Source: an uncultured Actinomycetota bacterium (GTDB taxonomy: Bacteria; Actinomycetota; Actinomycetes; Prado026). Taken from it: a stretch of DNA of 64,000 bases. The stretch is taken from positions 36,495-100,494 of the forward strand of contig CAVYVA010000006.1 in assembly GCA_963771835.1 (NCBI GenBank), in the 5' to 3' direction. Made by a program: the position numbers and the translations under genes. Shown in pieces: positions 32,081 through 47,776 of the stretch. How positions within the stretch are numbered: position 1 is the first letter of the stretch; each line of letters starts with the position of its first letter. Below the pieces are notes generated by a model. The model did not search any database and had not been told where the DNA came from. It worked only from the letters and a program-made list of their open reading frames with translations.

Positions 32081-33766
32081 TGCGGGTGATGGCGCAGCTC
32101 GCGATGGTGATGAACCTCGACAAGTGCATCGGGTGCCACACCTGCTCGGTGACCTGCAAGCAGGCATGGACGAACCGCTCCGGCGTCGAGTACGTCTGGT
32201 TCAACAACGTCGAGACCAGGCCGGGGCAGGGCTACCCGCGCCGGTACGAGGACCAGGGCCGCTGGCGCGGCGGATGGCGGCTCAACCGGCGCGGCCGGCT
32301 GGCCCTGCACCGCCGGCGGCCGCGGCCGCAAGCTCCTCGTCGATCTTCTCCAACCCGCTGCTGCCGAACATCAAGGACTACTACGAGCCCTGGACCTACG
32401 ACTACGAGAACCTCATCTCCGCGCCGCTCGGCGACGACTTCCCGGTGGCCGAGCCCAGGTCGTTGCTGACCGGCCGGCCCACGAAGATCGAGTGGAGCGC
32501 GAACTGGGACGACGACCTCGGCGGGGCGCCCGAGCACGGGCACCTCGACCCGGTCGTGGAGCAGCTGCGTCGCGACGCGGTCGACAAGGTGCGCTTCGAG
32601 TACGAGCAGGCGTTCATGTTCTTCCTGCCGCGGATCTGCGAGCACTGCCTGAACCCGTCGTGCGTCGCGTCCTGCCCGTCCGGGCGCGATGTACAAGCGC
32701 AGCGAGGACGGCATCGTGCTGGTGGACCAGGACCGCTGCCGCGGCTGGCGGATGTGCGTGACCGGCTGCCCGTACAAGAAGGTGTACTTCAACCACCGGA
32801 CCGGCAAGGCCGAGAAGTGCACGTTCTGCTACCCGCGCGTCGAGGTCGGTCTGCCGACCGTGTGCAGCGAGACCTGCGTGGGTCGGCTGCGCTACATCGG
32901 TCTGGTGCTCTACGACGCCGACCGGGTCACCGAGGCGGCCTCGACCGCGGACCCGCAGGACCTGTACGAGGCCCAGCTCGACCTGATGCTCGACCCGAAC
33001 GACCCCGAGGTCGTCGCCGCGGCCCGGCGCGAGGGGATCAGCGACGACTGGGTCGAGGCGGCCCAGCGCTCACCGGTCTACGCGCTGGCGAAGACGTACC
33101 GGGTCGCGCTGCCGCTGCACCCGGAGTTCCGCACCATGCCCATGGTCTGGTACGTGCCGCCGCTGTCCCCGGTGGCGGACGCGCTGCGCGACACCGGGCA
33201 CGACGCGGAGGACGTCGACAACCTGTTCGGGGCGATCGACACGCTGCGCATCCCGGTCGAGTACCTCGCCGGCCTGTTCACCGCCGGCGCCACGGCCCCG
33301 GTCACCGTCGGTGCTGCAGCGGCTGGCGGCGATGCGCGCGTACATGCGCCGGGTGACGCTCGGCGAGCAGCTCGACGAGTCGATCGCCGCGGCGGCCGGC
33401 ATGACCGGCGGCGAGGTCACGGCGATGTACCGGCTGCTGGCGATCGCCAAGTACGACGAGCGGTACGTCATCCCGTCGGCGTACGCCGAGCAGGGCCACG
33501 CCCTGGAGGAGACGGCGTGCAGCCTCGACTTCGACGGTGGCCCCGGCATGCTCGACAGCGGCCCGTTCGGCGAGGCCTCCGGCCGGCCCGTCCCGGTCTC
33601 GGTGGAGACCTTCCACGCGCTGCGCGAACGGCAGACCGGCGGCGAGGTGGTCGACACCGACCAGCCGCGGTCGCGGGTGAACCTCCTGAACTGGGACGGC
33701 AAGGGCGCGCCGTCAGGACTGTTCCCGCCGCGACGGCGCGACGGCGGGCCGGAGGCCCGGCGATGA
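32080..33766 (+). CDS. narH: Nitrate reductase beta subunit; frameshifted
   Basis: MNLDKCIGCHTCSVTCK, PRICEHCLNPSCVASCP, CRGWRMCVTGCPY, KCTFCYPR. Confidence 0.95.
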
Positions 33767-34453
33767 GCCGGCCGGACCAGCCCGCCGTGGTCCTGCAGGC
33801 GGCGTCGGTGCTCCTGCAGCTACCCGGACGACCGCGTCCTCGGCGGCGATGCCCGCGGTGCGGGCGCCGTCCGCGAGCTCGCCGACGGTCCGGCCCGGCA
33901 GGACCTGCAGGGCTTCCTCGACGCGGTGGGCCCGATGGGCGCGCTCGAGCTCCAGCAGCACTACGTCGGGACGCTGGACCTCAAGCGACGCTGCTGCCTG
34001 TACCTGACCTGGTGGACCGAGGGCGAGACCCGGCGGCGGGGGCTGGCCCTCGCGCAGCTCAAGCAGCTCTACCGCGAGCGCGGCTTCGAGCTGGACTCGA
34101 CCGAGCTGCCCGACTTCCTGCCGGTCGTGCTCGAGTTCGCCTCCGCCGACGTCGACCTCGGCCTCCGCGTGCTCCAGGACCGACGGGCCGGGGTCGAGCT
34201 GCTGCGGCTGGCCCTGCACGAGGCGGCGTCGCCGTACGCCGGCCCGGTCGAGGCGGTCTGCTCGCTGCTGCCTGGCCGGTCCCCCCAGGACGAGGCCGCG
34301 GCCCGGGCGCTGGCCCGCAACGGACCGCCGGGCGAGCAGGTGGGCCTCGAGCCGTACGGGGCCGGCCCCGATCGCCACGCGGGCGCCCGCCCCGGCCCGG
34401 TCGACCTCGATCTCGGACCCACGTCGCTGATCCCGACGGGGGCCCGCCGGTGA
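33763..34453 (+). CDS. narJ: Nitrate reductase chaperone (delta)
   Basis: YVGTLDLKRRCCLYLTWW, ELPDFLPVVLEF; position in operon. Confidence 0.88.
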
Positions 34454-35209
34454 GCACCCTGGACATCGTGCTGTGGGGGGTCCTGCCCTACGTCGTCCTG
34501 GCCGTGCTCGTCGGCGGCACCGTCTGGCGCTGGCGGTACGACCAGTTCGGCTGGACCACCCGGTCCTCGCAGCTGTACGAGTCGCGGCTGCTGCGGATCG
34601 GCAGCCCGCTGTTCCACTTCGGGATCCTCGTGGTCCTGGTCGGGCACGTCATCGGGCTGCTGGTGCCCAAGTCGCTCACCGACCGCGCCGGTCTGAGCCA
34701 GGAGGCGTACCACGTCCAGGCCGCCCTGCTCGGCGGGGTCGCCGGGCTCGCGACGCTGGTCGGCGTCGGCATCCTGGTCTACCGGCGACGAACCACCGGT
34801 CCGGTCTTCATGGCCACCACGCGCAACGACAAGACGATGTACGTCGTCCTGGTCGCCGCGATCGTCGCCGGGCTCGCCACCACGCTGCTGGGCGTGCGGG
34901 CCACCGGCGACGCGCACAACTACCGGCTCACGCGTGTCCCCGTGGTTCCGGTCCCTGTTCGTGCTGCGTCCCGACGTGCAGGCGATGGCGTCGGCCGACG
35001 CGGCGTACCACGTGCACGTCCTGATCGGGATGCTGCTGTTCGCGATCTGGCCGTTCACCCGGCTGGTGCACGCGTTCAGCGCGCCGGTCGGCTACCTGTT
35101 CCGTCCCTACGTGGTGTACCGGCGGCGGACCATGGCCGGCGCGGCACCCACGACCCGCGCCGGCCGCCGCGGCTGGGACGCCGGCGGTCCGGGCAGCCGG
35201 GGACGATGA
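34450..35209 (+). CDS. narI: Nitrate reductase gamma (cytochrome b) subunit; one frameshift
   Basis: YDQFGWTTRSSQLYE, LFHFGIL..GH, HVLIG..WPFTRLVH. Confidence 0.92.
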
Positions 35210-35216
35210 TGCCGGC

Positions 35217-36992
35217 ATGCACGACATCGCCGAGTTCCTGCGCCGGCACCCGCCGTTCGACGCGCTCGACGACGCGGCGCTGGAACGGGTGTCGGACGCC
35301 GTGCACATCGAGTTCTTCCCCCGTGGCGCCGTGGTCCTCGAGGCGGAGGACGCGGGCGGCTCCGGTTACGTCATCAGGACCGGGACCGTCGACCTGATCG
35401 AGGACGGCCGGGTGGTCGACCACCGGGAGGTGGGGGACGTGTTCGGGGTCGCGTCCACCCTGACCGGCGCGCCGACGGCGCTGCGGGTGAGCGCCCACGA
35501 CGACCTGCTCGTGTACCGGTTCCCGGCCTCGGCCCTGGGGTCGCCCGGGACCGGCGCAACCATGGGGACCGGCTCCGTCGGGCCCGCGGTCCGGTCGATC
35601 CTGCGCCCGGCGGTCGTGCTCGACCCGGACGACCGGGTGCGCGAGGCGGTGCTCCGGATGGGAGAGGCGGGGGTGTCCGCCGTCCTCGTCCGGCAACGCG
35701 ATGGCGGGCTGGGGATCGTCACCGACCGCGACCTGCGCAGCCGGGTGCTGGCCGTGGACGGGCGCGGACCCGAGACGCCCCTGGCAGCGGTGATGAGCGA
35801 GGACGCGGTCTCGACCGGGGCCGGGGCTCCGGCCGACGAGGCGCTGCTGCTCATGCTCGAGCACGCGGTGCGGCACCTGCCGGTCGTCGCCCGCGACGGC
35901 ACGGTGGTCGGCCTGGTCGAGGACGTGGACCTGCTCGCCGCCGAGGGGCACGCCCCGTTCCGGCTGCGCCGCGCGATCACGACGGCCGCGGGCGTCGAGG
36001 ACCTGGTCGACCTGGCCCGACGGCTCCCGCAGTCGCTGCTGTCCGCGGACGCCGCGGGCGTGGCACCCCTGCGGGTGATGGCGACGCGCTCGATCATCGT
36101 CGAGGCGATGATCCGCCGGCTGCTCGAGCTCACGGTGCAGGCGTGCGGCCCTGCGCCCGCCCCGTTCGCCTGGCTGGTCCTGGGCAGCACGGGCCGCCGC
36201 GAGTCCTTCCCCGCGTCCGACGCGGACACCGCGCTGGTGTGGGACGCCGACGACGAGGACGCCGCGACGGGCAGGTGGATGGAAGACCTGGCCGGGCGGG
36301 TCGTCGGCGCGCTCGCCGACTGCGGCGTGCGCAGCGACGAGCACGGCGTCGTGGCGGCGGACCCGCGCTTCGCCCGCCCGCGCACGCAGTGGCAGCGCTC
36401 TGTCGCCCGCTGGCTGGCCGACCCGATGGCGACCGACGCGCTGACGTACGTGTCGGCCCTGCTCGACGGCCGGGTCGTCGCCGGCGCCGGCGCCGGGCCG
36501 GACCGCATGCTCGGCGAGGCTCTGTCGGCGACGGCCCGGGACGAGGCGATGGTGCGCGCCCTCGGGCGCCATGCGCTCGCCCATCGTCCACCGACGGGTT
36601 TCGTCCGCGAGCTCGTCGTCCAGCACACCGGCGAGAACCGCGGCCGGCTGGACCTCAAGCTGCACGGGATGACCCCGGTCGTCGACCTCGCCCGCTACGG
36701 CGGTGTGGCCGCACGGTCGACGGCGGTCGACACTCCGCAACGGCTGCGGGACGCGGCCGCCGCCGGGGTGCTGCGCGACGGCGACGCCGCGATGCTCGAC
36801 GAGGTCTTCACCCTCGTCGCCGGACTGCGGCTGGAGCGCCAGCTCGACGCGATCCGGGCTGGTCAGGAGCCGGACGACCTGCTCGACCCCCGGACTCTCA
36901 GCCCGTTCGCACGCCGGCACCTGCGTGACGGCTTCCGGGCGGTCACCCAGGTCCAGCACTGGCTGCAGGGCGTCCTGGCGCTGGGCGGCTGA
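35217..36992 (+). CDS. cNMP-binding + CBS + DUF294 GlnD/GlnE-like nucleotidyltransferase
   Basis: N-terminal cNMP domain (FLRRHPPFDAL), CBS pair (GIVTDRDLR, VRHLPVV), NT motif LGSTGRRESFPASDADTAL, DLKLHG. Confidence 0.85.
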   Translation: MHDIAEFLRRHPPFDALDDAALERVSDAVHIEFFPRGAVVLEAEDAGGSGYVIRTGTVDLIEDGRVVDHREVGDVFGVASTLTGAPTALRVSAHDDLLVYRFPASALGSPGTGATMGTGSVGPAVRSILRPAVVLDPDDRVREAVLRMGEAGVSAVLVRQRDGGLGIVTDRDLRSRVLAVDGRGPETPLAAVMSEDAVSTGAGAPADEALLLMLEHAVRHLPVVARDGTVVGLVEDVDLLAAEGHAPFRLRRAITTAAGVEDLVDLARRLPQSLLSADAAGVAPLRVMATRSIIVEAMIRRLLELTVQACGPAPAPFAWLVLGSTGRRESFPASDADTALVWDADDEDAATGRWMEDLAGRVVGALADCGVRSDEHGVVAADPRFARPRTQWQRSVARWLADPMATDALTYVSALLDGRVVAGAGAGPDRMLGEALSATARDEAMVRALGRHALAHRPPTGFVRELVVQHTGENRGRLDLKLHGMTPVVDLARYGGVAARSTAVDTPQRLRDAAAAGVLRDGDAAMLDEVFTLVAGLRLERQLDAIRAGQEPDDLLDPRTLSPFARRHLRDGFRAVTQVQHWLQGVLALGG

Positions 36993-36996
36993 GCGC

Positions 36997-39398
<2,402 letters not shown>

Positions 39399-40289
39399 CT
39401 ACCGCTGGACCGGACGCACCACGGCGACCGCGCAGCGGGCGTGGTGCAGGACGGCATGGCTGACCGAGCCGAGCAGCAGGGCCCGGAACCCGCCCCGTCC
39501 ACGGGACCCGACGACGACGAGCTCGGCACCCGGGCTCGCCTCGGCCACGGCCTGGGCCGGCTCTCCGTGCACGAGCCGCTGGCGCACCTCGACGTCGGGG
39601 TACTTCTCGCGCCAACCGGCGAGCGCCTCGGACAGCAGACGTAGCTCGGCCTGCTCGACCTCGTCCATGAAGCTGTTCTCCGGGGCCGGGCCCCTGGCCG
39701 GCAGCTCGAAGAACGGCGCCTCCCAGACGTGCATCGCGGTGAGCCCGACCCCGCGCAGCGACGCCTCCTCGAAGGCGAACCCGACCGCCTCCGACGACGG
39801 TGTCGACCCGTCCACAGCCACGACCACCCGGCCCGCCTCCGGACCCGGCGCCGCGTAGTCCAGCGAGCGGACCACGACGACCGGGCACGGGGCGTAGGTC
39901 ACGAGCTGCACGGCCACCGAGCCCACCAGCAGCTCGGTGAACCCCCCGAGACCACGGCTCCCGACCACGGCGAGCTCGGCACCGGCGAGCTCCTCGAGCA
40001 GGGCGGGGACCGTCGGGCCCTCGACGACCCGGCTCTCCAGCTCGACCCCCGGGACCTCGCGCCGCGACTCGTGCACGGCCGCCAGCAGCATCCGCTCCGC
40101 GGCCGCACGCCGGTCCGCGGAGAACCTCGCGTACGTCCCGAGCCCGGCCAGCGTCCCGGCGACCGGGTTCAGCGCATGCACGATGAGGACCGGAATCGCC
40201 CGGCTGCGCGCTTCTCGCAGCGCCCAAGTCAGCGCGACGCGGCTCGACTCGGAGCCGTCGTACCCGACGACGATCCTCTTGGTGGTCAT
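39399..40289 (-). CDS. Tandem universal stress protein
   Basis: IVVGYDGS, VVGSRGLGGF, VVAVDGS, VGSRGRGGF..LLGSVS. Confidence 0.93.
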   Translation of the reverse strand: MTTKRIVVGYDGSESSRVALTWALREARSRAIPVLIVHALNPVAGTLAGLGTYARFSADRRAAAERMLLAAVHESRREVPGVELESRVVEGPTVPALLEELAGAELAVVGSRGLGGFTELLVGSVAVQLVTYAPCPVVVVRSLDYAAPGPEAGRVVVAVDGSTPSSEAVGFAFEEASLRGVGLTAMHVWEAPFFELPARGPAPENSFMDEVEQAELRLLSEALAGWREKYPDVEVRQRLVHGEPAQAVAEASPGAELVVVGSRGRGGFRALLLGSVSHAVLHHARCAVAVVRPVQR

Positions 40290-40371
40290 GACGGCACTCC
40301 TTCTGCTCCGGGTCGGCCGACGCAATCCGGACGCCCTCCCTCCATGCTCGGCGCGGACGGCGACGACTCCC

Positions 40372-40387
40372 AGGGCCGAAGGTCCCC
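40372..40387. promoter_or_regulatory. DosR-like box upstream of USP
   Basis: aGGGCCgaagGTCCCc. Confidence 0.65.
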
Positions 40388-40401
40388 GCCGGCGCTGCCG
40401 G

Positions 40402-40718
40402 TCAGGCGAGCCGGTCCCCGGTCGGATGCCCGAGCGGGTCGACCACCCTGAGGGGGAGCACGCTGTGTTCGCACAGCGCCAGCCGGCTCATCAGGCGCAC
40501 GGCCTCGCCCCGGCTGTGCAGCAGCTGTCGCTGCCGGTGGCCGTCGCCGTGGACCACGGCCCAGCCGGGCTCGGCCGGCTCGACGTCCGTCTCGCACCGC
40601 GGCACGAGTGCGGGGACCGGAACGATCCGCACGTTCGAGCCGGGTTCGCCGGCGCCTTCCTCGAAGCCCAGTGCGCCGGCCGGCAGGCCGTGCGCCTCGA
40701 CCAGTGCGTCCACGTGGA

Positions 40719-40722
<4 letters not shown>
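40402..40722 (-). CDS. Small hypothetical protein (106 aa)
   Basis: GTG start overlaps the ATPase TGA (GTGA) with GAAGGG upstream; [20 protein letters not shown]... Confidence 0.5.
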
Positions 40723-43513
<2,791 letters not shown>

Positions 43514-43517
<4 letters not shown>

Positions 43518-44011
43518 CCGCCGAGCGTGACGGGCCGGCCCTCGACCGCGGAGATGTCCTCAGCCGCCGTACCCAGCAGCAGGTCGGCCAGCCGTCGGAG
43601 CGCCCTGGCCGCGGCGATCTCGTCGCCGATCTCGGGCACGTCCGGGTCTGAGCTGCGGCGGTGCGCGGTGCCCCGCGCGTCGAGCTGGGTGGGGGCCTCG
43701 GTGCTCAGCACCGCGTGCGCGGTCGTCTCGCCCCCCGACTCGAACAGGTCCACCCTGACCTGCCAGGACCGGACGTGGCGCAGCGTGGGCCCCGCCTCGG
43801 CGCCCCCGGCGGTCGGCTGCTGCGGCTCGCCCTTGACCAGCTGGGCGTCCGGACCCGGGAAGACCAGGGCGCGGTGGCCGTCGCCCGACCACTCGACCAG
43901 GTAGGGCGGAGCGCCGTCCGGGTGGCTGACCTCGACGATGCGCCCGTCGCGCACCGGTCCGTCGAGCCTCGTCGACGCGATGACGATCCTGTCTCCGACC
44001 GAAGCCTTCAT
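43514..44011 (-). CDS. DUF1918 + DUF1876 (dsRBD-like) protein
   Basis: [26 protein letters not shown]; [13 protein letters not shown]. Confidence 0.82.
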
Positions 44012-44101
44012 GGCTTGTCGCCTCCTTCGTACCGCGTTGACCGTCGTGGGCGGGCGTGCGATCCCCGGCACCCATCCCACGCCGGGGATCCGGCGGGCGC
44101 C

Positions 44102-44157
44102 AGGTACGAAGGTCCCGAGCCCGCCCGCCGCGTGGATCCGGCGGGACCAACGACCCT
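44102..44157. promoter_or_regulatory. Two DosR-like boxes
   Basis: aGGTACgaagGTCCCg (44102-44117) and cGGGACcaacGACCCt (44142-44157). Confidence 0.6.
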
Positions 44158-44241
44158 GGCCGTACCGGGCCCTCGTCCAAGAACGTGGACACAGCCACGT
44201 CCCGGTCAGGTACCGGTGACGGCGGACAAAGGCGGAAGGCA

Positions 44242-45664
44242 ATGACCACTCTCATCAAGCCACCGGTGGCCGAGGCGACGACGAAGCCTCGTGCGATCCC
44301 GGTGGGCCTCGGACTTACCTCTGCGACCGCTCTCGTGGTCGGCAGCATCATCGGGACCGGTGTCTTCACCATGCCAGCCGTCATGGCGGGTGCGGGCACC
44401 GTCTCGATCGTGACCCTCGGCATCATCTCGGTGTGCGCCGTGCTCCTGGGGATGATGTTCGGACAGCTCACGAAGCGGATCCCGTCGAGCGACGGCGGCC
44501 TCTACGCATACGCCCGCCACGAGTTCGGCGACTTCGCCGGCTTCCTGACCGCGTGGTGCTACTGGATCACCTGCTGGGCGGGCAACGCCGCGATCGTCGC
44601 GTCCTGGGTGCTCTACGTCGAGTCCCTGTTCGGGATCGAGAACCCCTCGACCGCGACGAACATGCTCATCGCCCTGACCGGCCTGTGGATCCCCGCCGTC
44701 GTCAACCTCGGCGGCATCCGCGGCATGGCCTGGTTCCAGAACGTGACGGTGGTGCTCAAGTACGTGCCGTTGCTCCTGGTCGGCGTTCTCGGCTGGTTCT
44801 TCATCAGCACGTCCAACTTCCCACCGTTCAACGCCTCCGGCGGCAGCCTCTGGGACGCGGTCTCGATCGCGGCCGGCGTCGCCCTGTTCTCGTTCATCGG
44901 GGTCGAGTGCGCCTCGATCGCCGCCGGACGGGTCCGGAACCCGCGCCGCAACGTCGGGCGCGCGTCGGTGCTCGGCACCGCAGCCAGTGCGTTCGTCTAC
45001 ATCGCGGTCACCGCGGCCGTCATGGGCCTGGTGCCGCACGACTCGCTGGTCAAGGACGGTGCGCCGTTCGTCGCCGCGTTCCAGACGATGTTCGGCGTCG
45101 GCTGCATGGGTCGGCAAGGGAGTCGCCCTGGTGGCCGTGATCTCCGGCATCGGTGCGCTCAACGGCTGGACGATGGTGACGGCCGAGATGCCGTTCGCCG
45201 CCGCCAAGGACGGGCTGTTCCCGAAGGTGTTCGCCCAGGTCAACCGGCGGCAGGCGCCGTGGTTCGGCATCGTCGTCTCCACGATCGTCGCCTCGCTGCT
45301 CATGGCGTACAGCTACGCGGGCGGCACGCTCGGGCTGAAGGTCTTCACGTACCTCGTCTCGCTGTCCGTGGTGACCGTCGCGATCCCGTACTTCTTCTCC
45401 GCGGCGGCCCAGCTGGCGTTCCTGGTCTCGCGTCGTCGCACCGTGAACGGGGCGCGGCTCGCGCGTGACGTGGCGATCGCCGTGACCAGCCTGCTGTTCT
45501 CGCTCTGGGTGACCGCGGCCTCCGGCTACCAGGCGGTCTACCAGGCCGTGCTCCTGCTGCTGATCGGGCTGCCCCTGTACGCGTTCATGAAGGCCGCGCG
45601 CGAGCGGGAGGGACTGGTCCCGGAGCCGGTCGAGTACAAGGCCGACCTGTCGGTCTCGCGGTAG
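44242..45664 (+). CDS. APC-family amino acid permease/antiporter; one frameshift near 45110
   Basis: VVGSIIGTGVF, GGLYAYAR, FSFIGVECA, GALNGW. Confidence 0.9.
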
Positions 45665-45672
45665 CTGACCGC

Positions 45673-45712
45673 GGCGCAGCCGGTCCACACCTCGGAGTGG
45701 GCCGGCTGCGCC
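45673..45712 (+). terminator. Hairpin terminator (16-bp stem, one G-U pair)
   Basis: ggcgcagccggtccac / gtgggccggctgcgcc just after the permease stop. Confidence 0.65.
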
Positions 45713-45754
45713 TGCCTGGAGCACCGCTTGACCCCGCGACCGCCACCATGGTTA

Positions 45755-45789
45755 CCTAACGACGTTCGGATATCCTAACGTCTTTAGGA
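45755..45789. promoter_or_regulatory. Putative TetR operator pair
   Basis: cctaacgacgttcgga and tcctaacgtctttagga, imperfect palindromes immediately upstream of the TetR start. Confidence 0.55.
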
Positions 45790-45795
45790 GAACGA

Positions 45796-46449
45796 GTGAG
45801 CGCGACGTTGTCTCCCCTGGCGCCCCCGGCTTCGGGCCGGGTGCAGGCACGTCGGGCCCGGACACGTCGGGCGGTTCTGGACTCAGCGTGGCGACTGGCG
45901 AGCGGATCCGGGCTGGACGCGCTGTCCCTTCGGGAGATCGCTGCGAACGTAGGCATGCGGGCACCGTCGCTGTACTCCTACTTCCCCAACAAGGCAGCGA
46001 TCCTGGACGCCTTGTTCGTCGACGGCTACCGCGCTCTCGACGCCCGCATCGCCGAGGTCGCCGAGGCGCTGCCCGCGAAAGCATCACCTCGACAGCGGCT
46101 GGCCCAGCTGCTGCGTGCCTGGGTCGGCTTCTGCCAGGCCGACCCGGCCAGGTACCAGCTGCTGTTCACCAGTGCCGTCCCGGGCTGGCAGCCGTCCGCC
46201 GACGCCTACGCGGCGAGCCTGGCCAGCTACGCGCTGCTGTGCGACTACCTCGCGCTCGCCGGCATCACCGAGCCGGACGACGTCGACCTGTGCACGGCGC
46301 TGTCCGCCGGACTGATCGCGCAGCAGATGGCCAACGACCCGCATGGCGACCGGTGGCTGCGTCGGGTCGACGACGTCGTCGACATGTTCCTCCAGCACCA
46401 GAGCTCCCGCCGAAGGCGGGCCGCCCGACTCCCCGAGAGGGACTCATGA
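45796..46449 (+). CDS. TetR-family regulator
   Basis: LSLREIAANVGMRAPSLYSYFPNKAAILDAL. Confidence 0.9.
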   Translation: MSATLSPLAPPASGRVQARRARTRRAVLDSAWRLASGSGLDALSLREIAANVGMRAPSLYSYFPNKAAILDALFVDGYRALDARIAEVAEALPAKASPRQRLAQLLRAWVGFCQADPARYQLLFTSAVPGWQPSADAYAASLASYALLCDYLALAGITEPDDVDLCTALSAGLIAQQMANDPHGDRWLRRVDDVVDMFLQHQSSRRRRAARLPERDS

Positions 46450-47237
46450 TCCAGCAGCCGCTCGACACCGCCGCCCTGACCCGGATCGCAGCCGGTCCCG
46501 AGGCCGACGCGCTGGCCCGGGCTGTCTACTCGGCGCTGCTCGACGACCTCGCCGGGTTGACGGTCGACGACTGGTACCGACCGACCGAGTGCACCGGGTG
46601 GTCGGTGCACGACATGGTGGCCCACCTGGTCGGTGCTGCTCAGGGACACGCGTCGCTGCCCGTCTTCGTGCGCCAGTACGCCTGGGGCGTGCGACACCGC
46701 AAGGACTTCGGCGGAAGCAGCCTGGACGCGATGAACCAGCGTCAGATCGACGGGCTTCGCGAGCGCTCCGGCGACGAGCTCCTGCGGCTCTTCGTCGACC
46801 TCGCCCCGAAGGCGGTGGCCGGGCGGGCCCGACGTGCCCGCGTGCTCGGCTGGGCCCCGATCCACCTCGACGCGGCAGGGTCCTGGTACGAGGGGATGCC
46901 GACCACCACCACGATGGCGGAGCTGTGCGCGGTCGTGCTCACCCGCGACGTGTGGGCCCACCGGCTGGACATCGCGCGGGCCACCGGCACCGTCCCGTCG
47001 ATGGAGGCCACCGTGGACGGCCGGATCGTGGCCGACATCGTGACCGACTGGGCGATGCGGCACGGCCGACCCTTCACCCTCACCCTGACCGGCGTCGCAG
47101 GCGGGGCGTTCCGGGCCGGCGACGCGGGCCCCGACCTGACGCTCGACGCGCTGGACTTCGCCCGCCTGATGGCCGGCCGGCACCCCGACGGCGAGATCCC
47201 CGACTCACCGCTGTGGACGACGAGAGTCCTGTTCTGA
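46446..47237 (+). CDS. Mycothiol-dependent maleylpyruvate isomerase (DinB/MDMPI) family protein
   Basis: WYRPTECTGWSVHDMVAHL, RDVWAHRLDIARA; ATGA overlap with TetR. Confidence 0.82.
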   Translation: MIQQPLDTAALTRIAAGPEADALARAVYSALLDDLAGLTVDDWYRPTECTGWSVHDMVAHLVGAAQGHASLPVFVRQYAWGVRHRKDFGGSSLDAMNQRQIDGLRERSGDELLRLFVDLAPKAVAGRARRARVLGWAPIHLDAAGSWYEGMPTTTTMAELCAVVLTRDVWAHRLDIARATGTVPSMEATVDGRIVADIVTDWAMRHGRPFTLTLTGVAGGAFRAGDAGPDLTLDALDFARLMAGRHPDGEIPDSPLWTTRVLF

Positions 47238-47303
47238 CCGACGCCGGCTCAGGACGCCGACCCCGCGGTGTCCGCGAGCGCCGGCCCTTGGTAGAAACCA
47301 GTC

Positions 47304-47765
47304 GTGCAGCTGGTCATCGCGGCCGACGACCCTTGGTCTGACGACGTGCGTCCCCTGCTCGACCAGCATCTGCGGTTCGCCCACGAGGAGAGCCCGCCTG
47401 AGCACGTCCACGCGCTCCCGCCGGACCGGCTCACGCAGCCCGGGGTCACGTTCTTCAGCGCTCGACGGGACGGGACGGTCGTCGCAGTGGGGGCGCTGAA
47501 GGAGCTCGACGAGTCGCACGGCGAGGTGAAGTCGATGCACACGAGCGCGGCCTTCCGCGGCCAGGGTGTCGCGCGGGCGATGCTGACCCACCTCCTGGAG
47601 GTCGCGGCGAGCCGTGGCTACCAGCGCGTGAGCCTGGAGACCGGGGGCACGGACGGCTTCGTGCCCGCCCGCACGCTGTACCGGTCGTTCGGTTTCGAAC
47701 CGTGCGCGCCGTTCGGCGAGTACACGTCGAACGAGTTCAGCGTGTGCATGACGCTGGAGCTGTGA
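47304..47765 (+). CDS. GNAT N-acetyltransferase
   Basis: GEVKSMHTSAAFRGQGVA, SLETG, LYRSFGF. Confidence 0.88.
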   Translation: MQLVIAADDPWSDDVRPLLDQHLRFAHEESPPEHVHALPPDRLTQPGVTFFSARRDGTVVAVGALKELDESHGEVKSMHTSAAFRGQGVARAMLTHLLEVAASRGYQRVSLETGGTDGFVPARTLYRSFGFEPCAPFGEYTSNEFSVCMTLEL

Positions 47766-47776
47766 CGCCATCCGGG

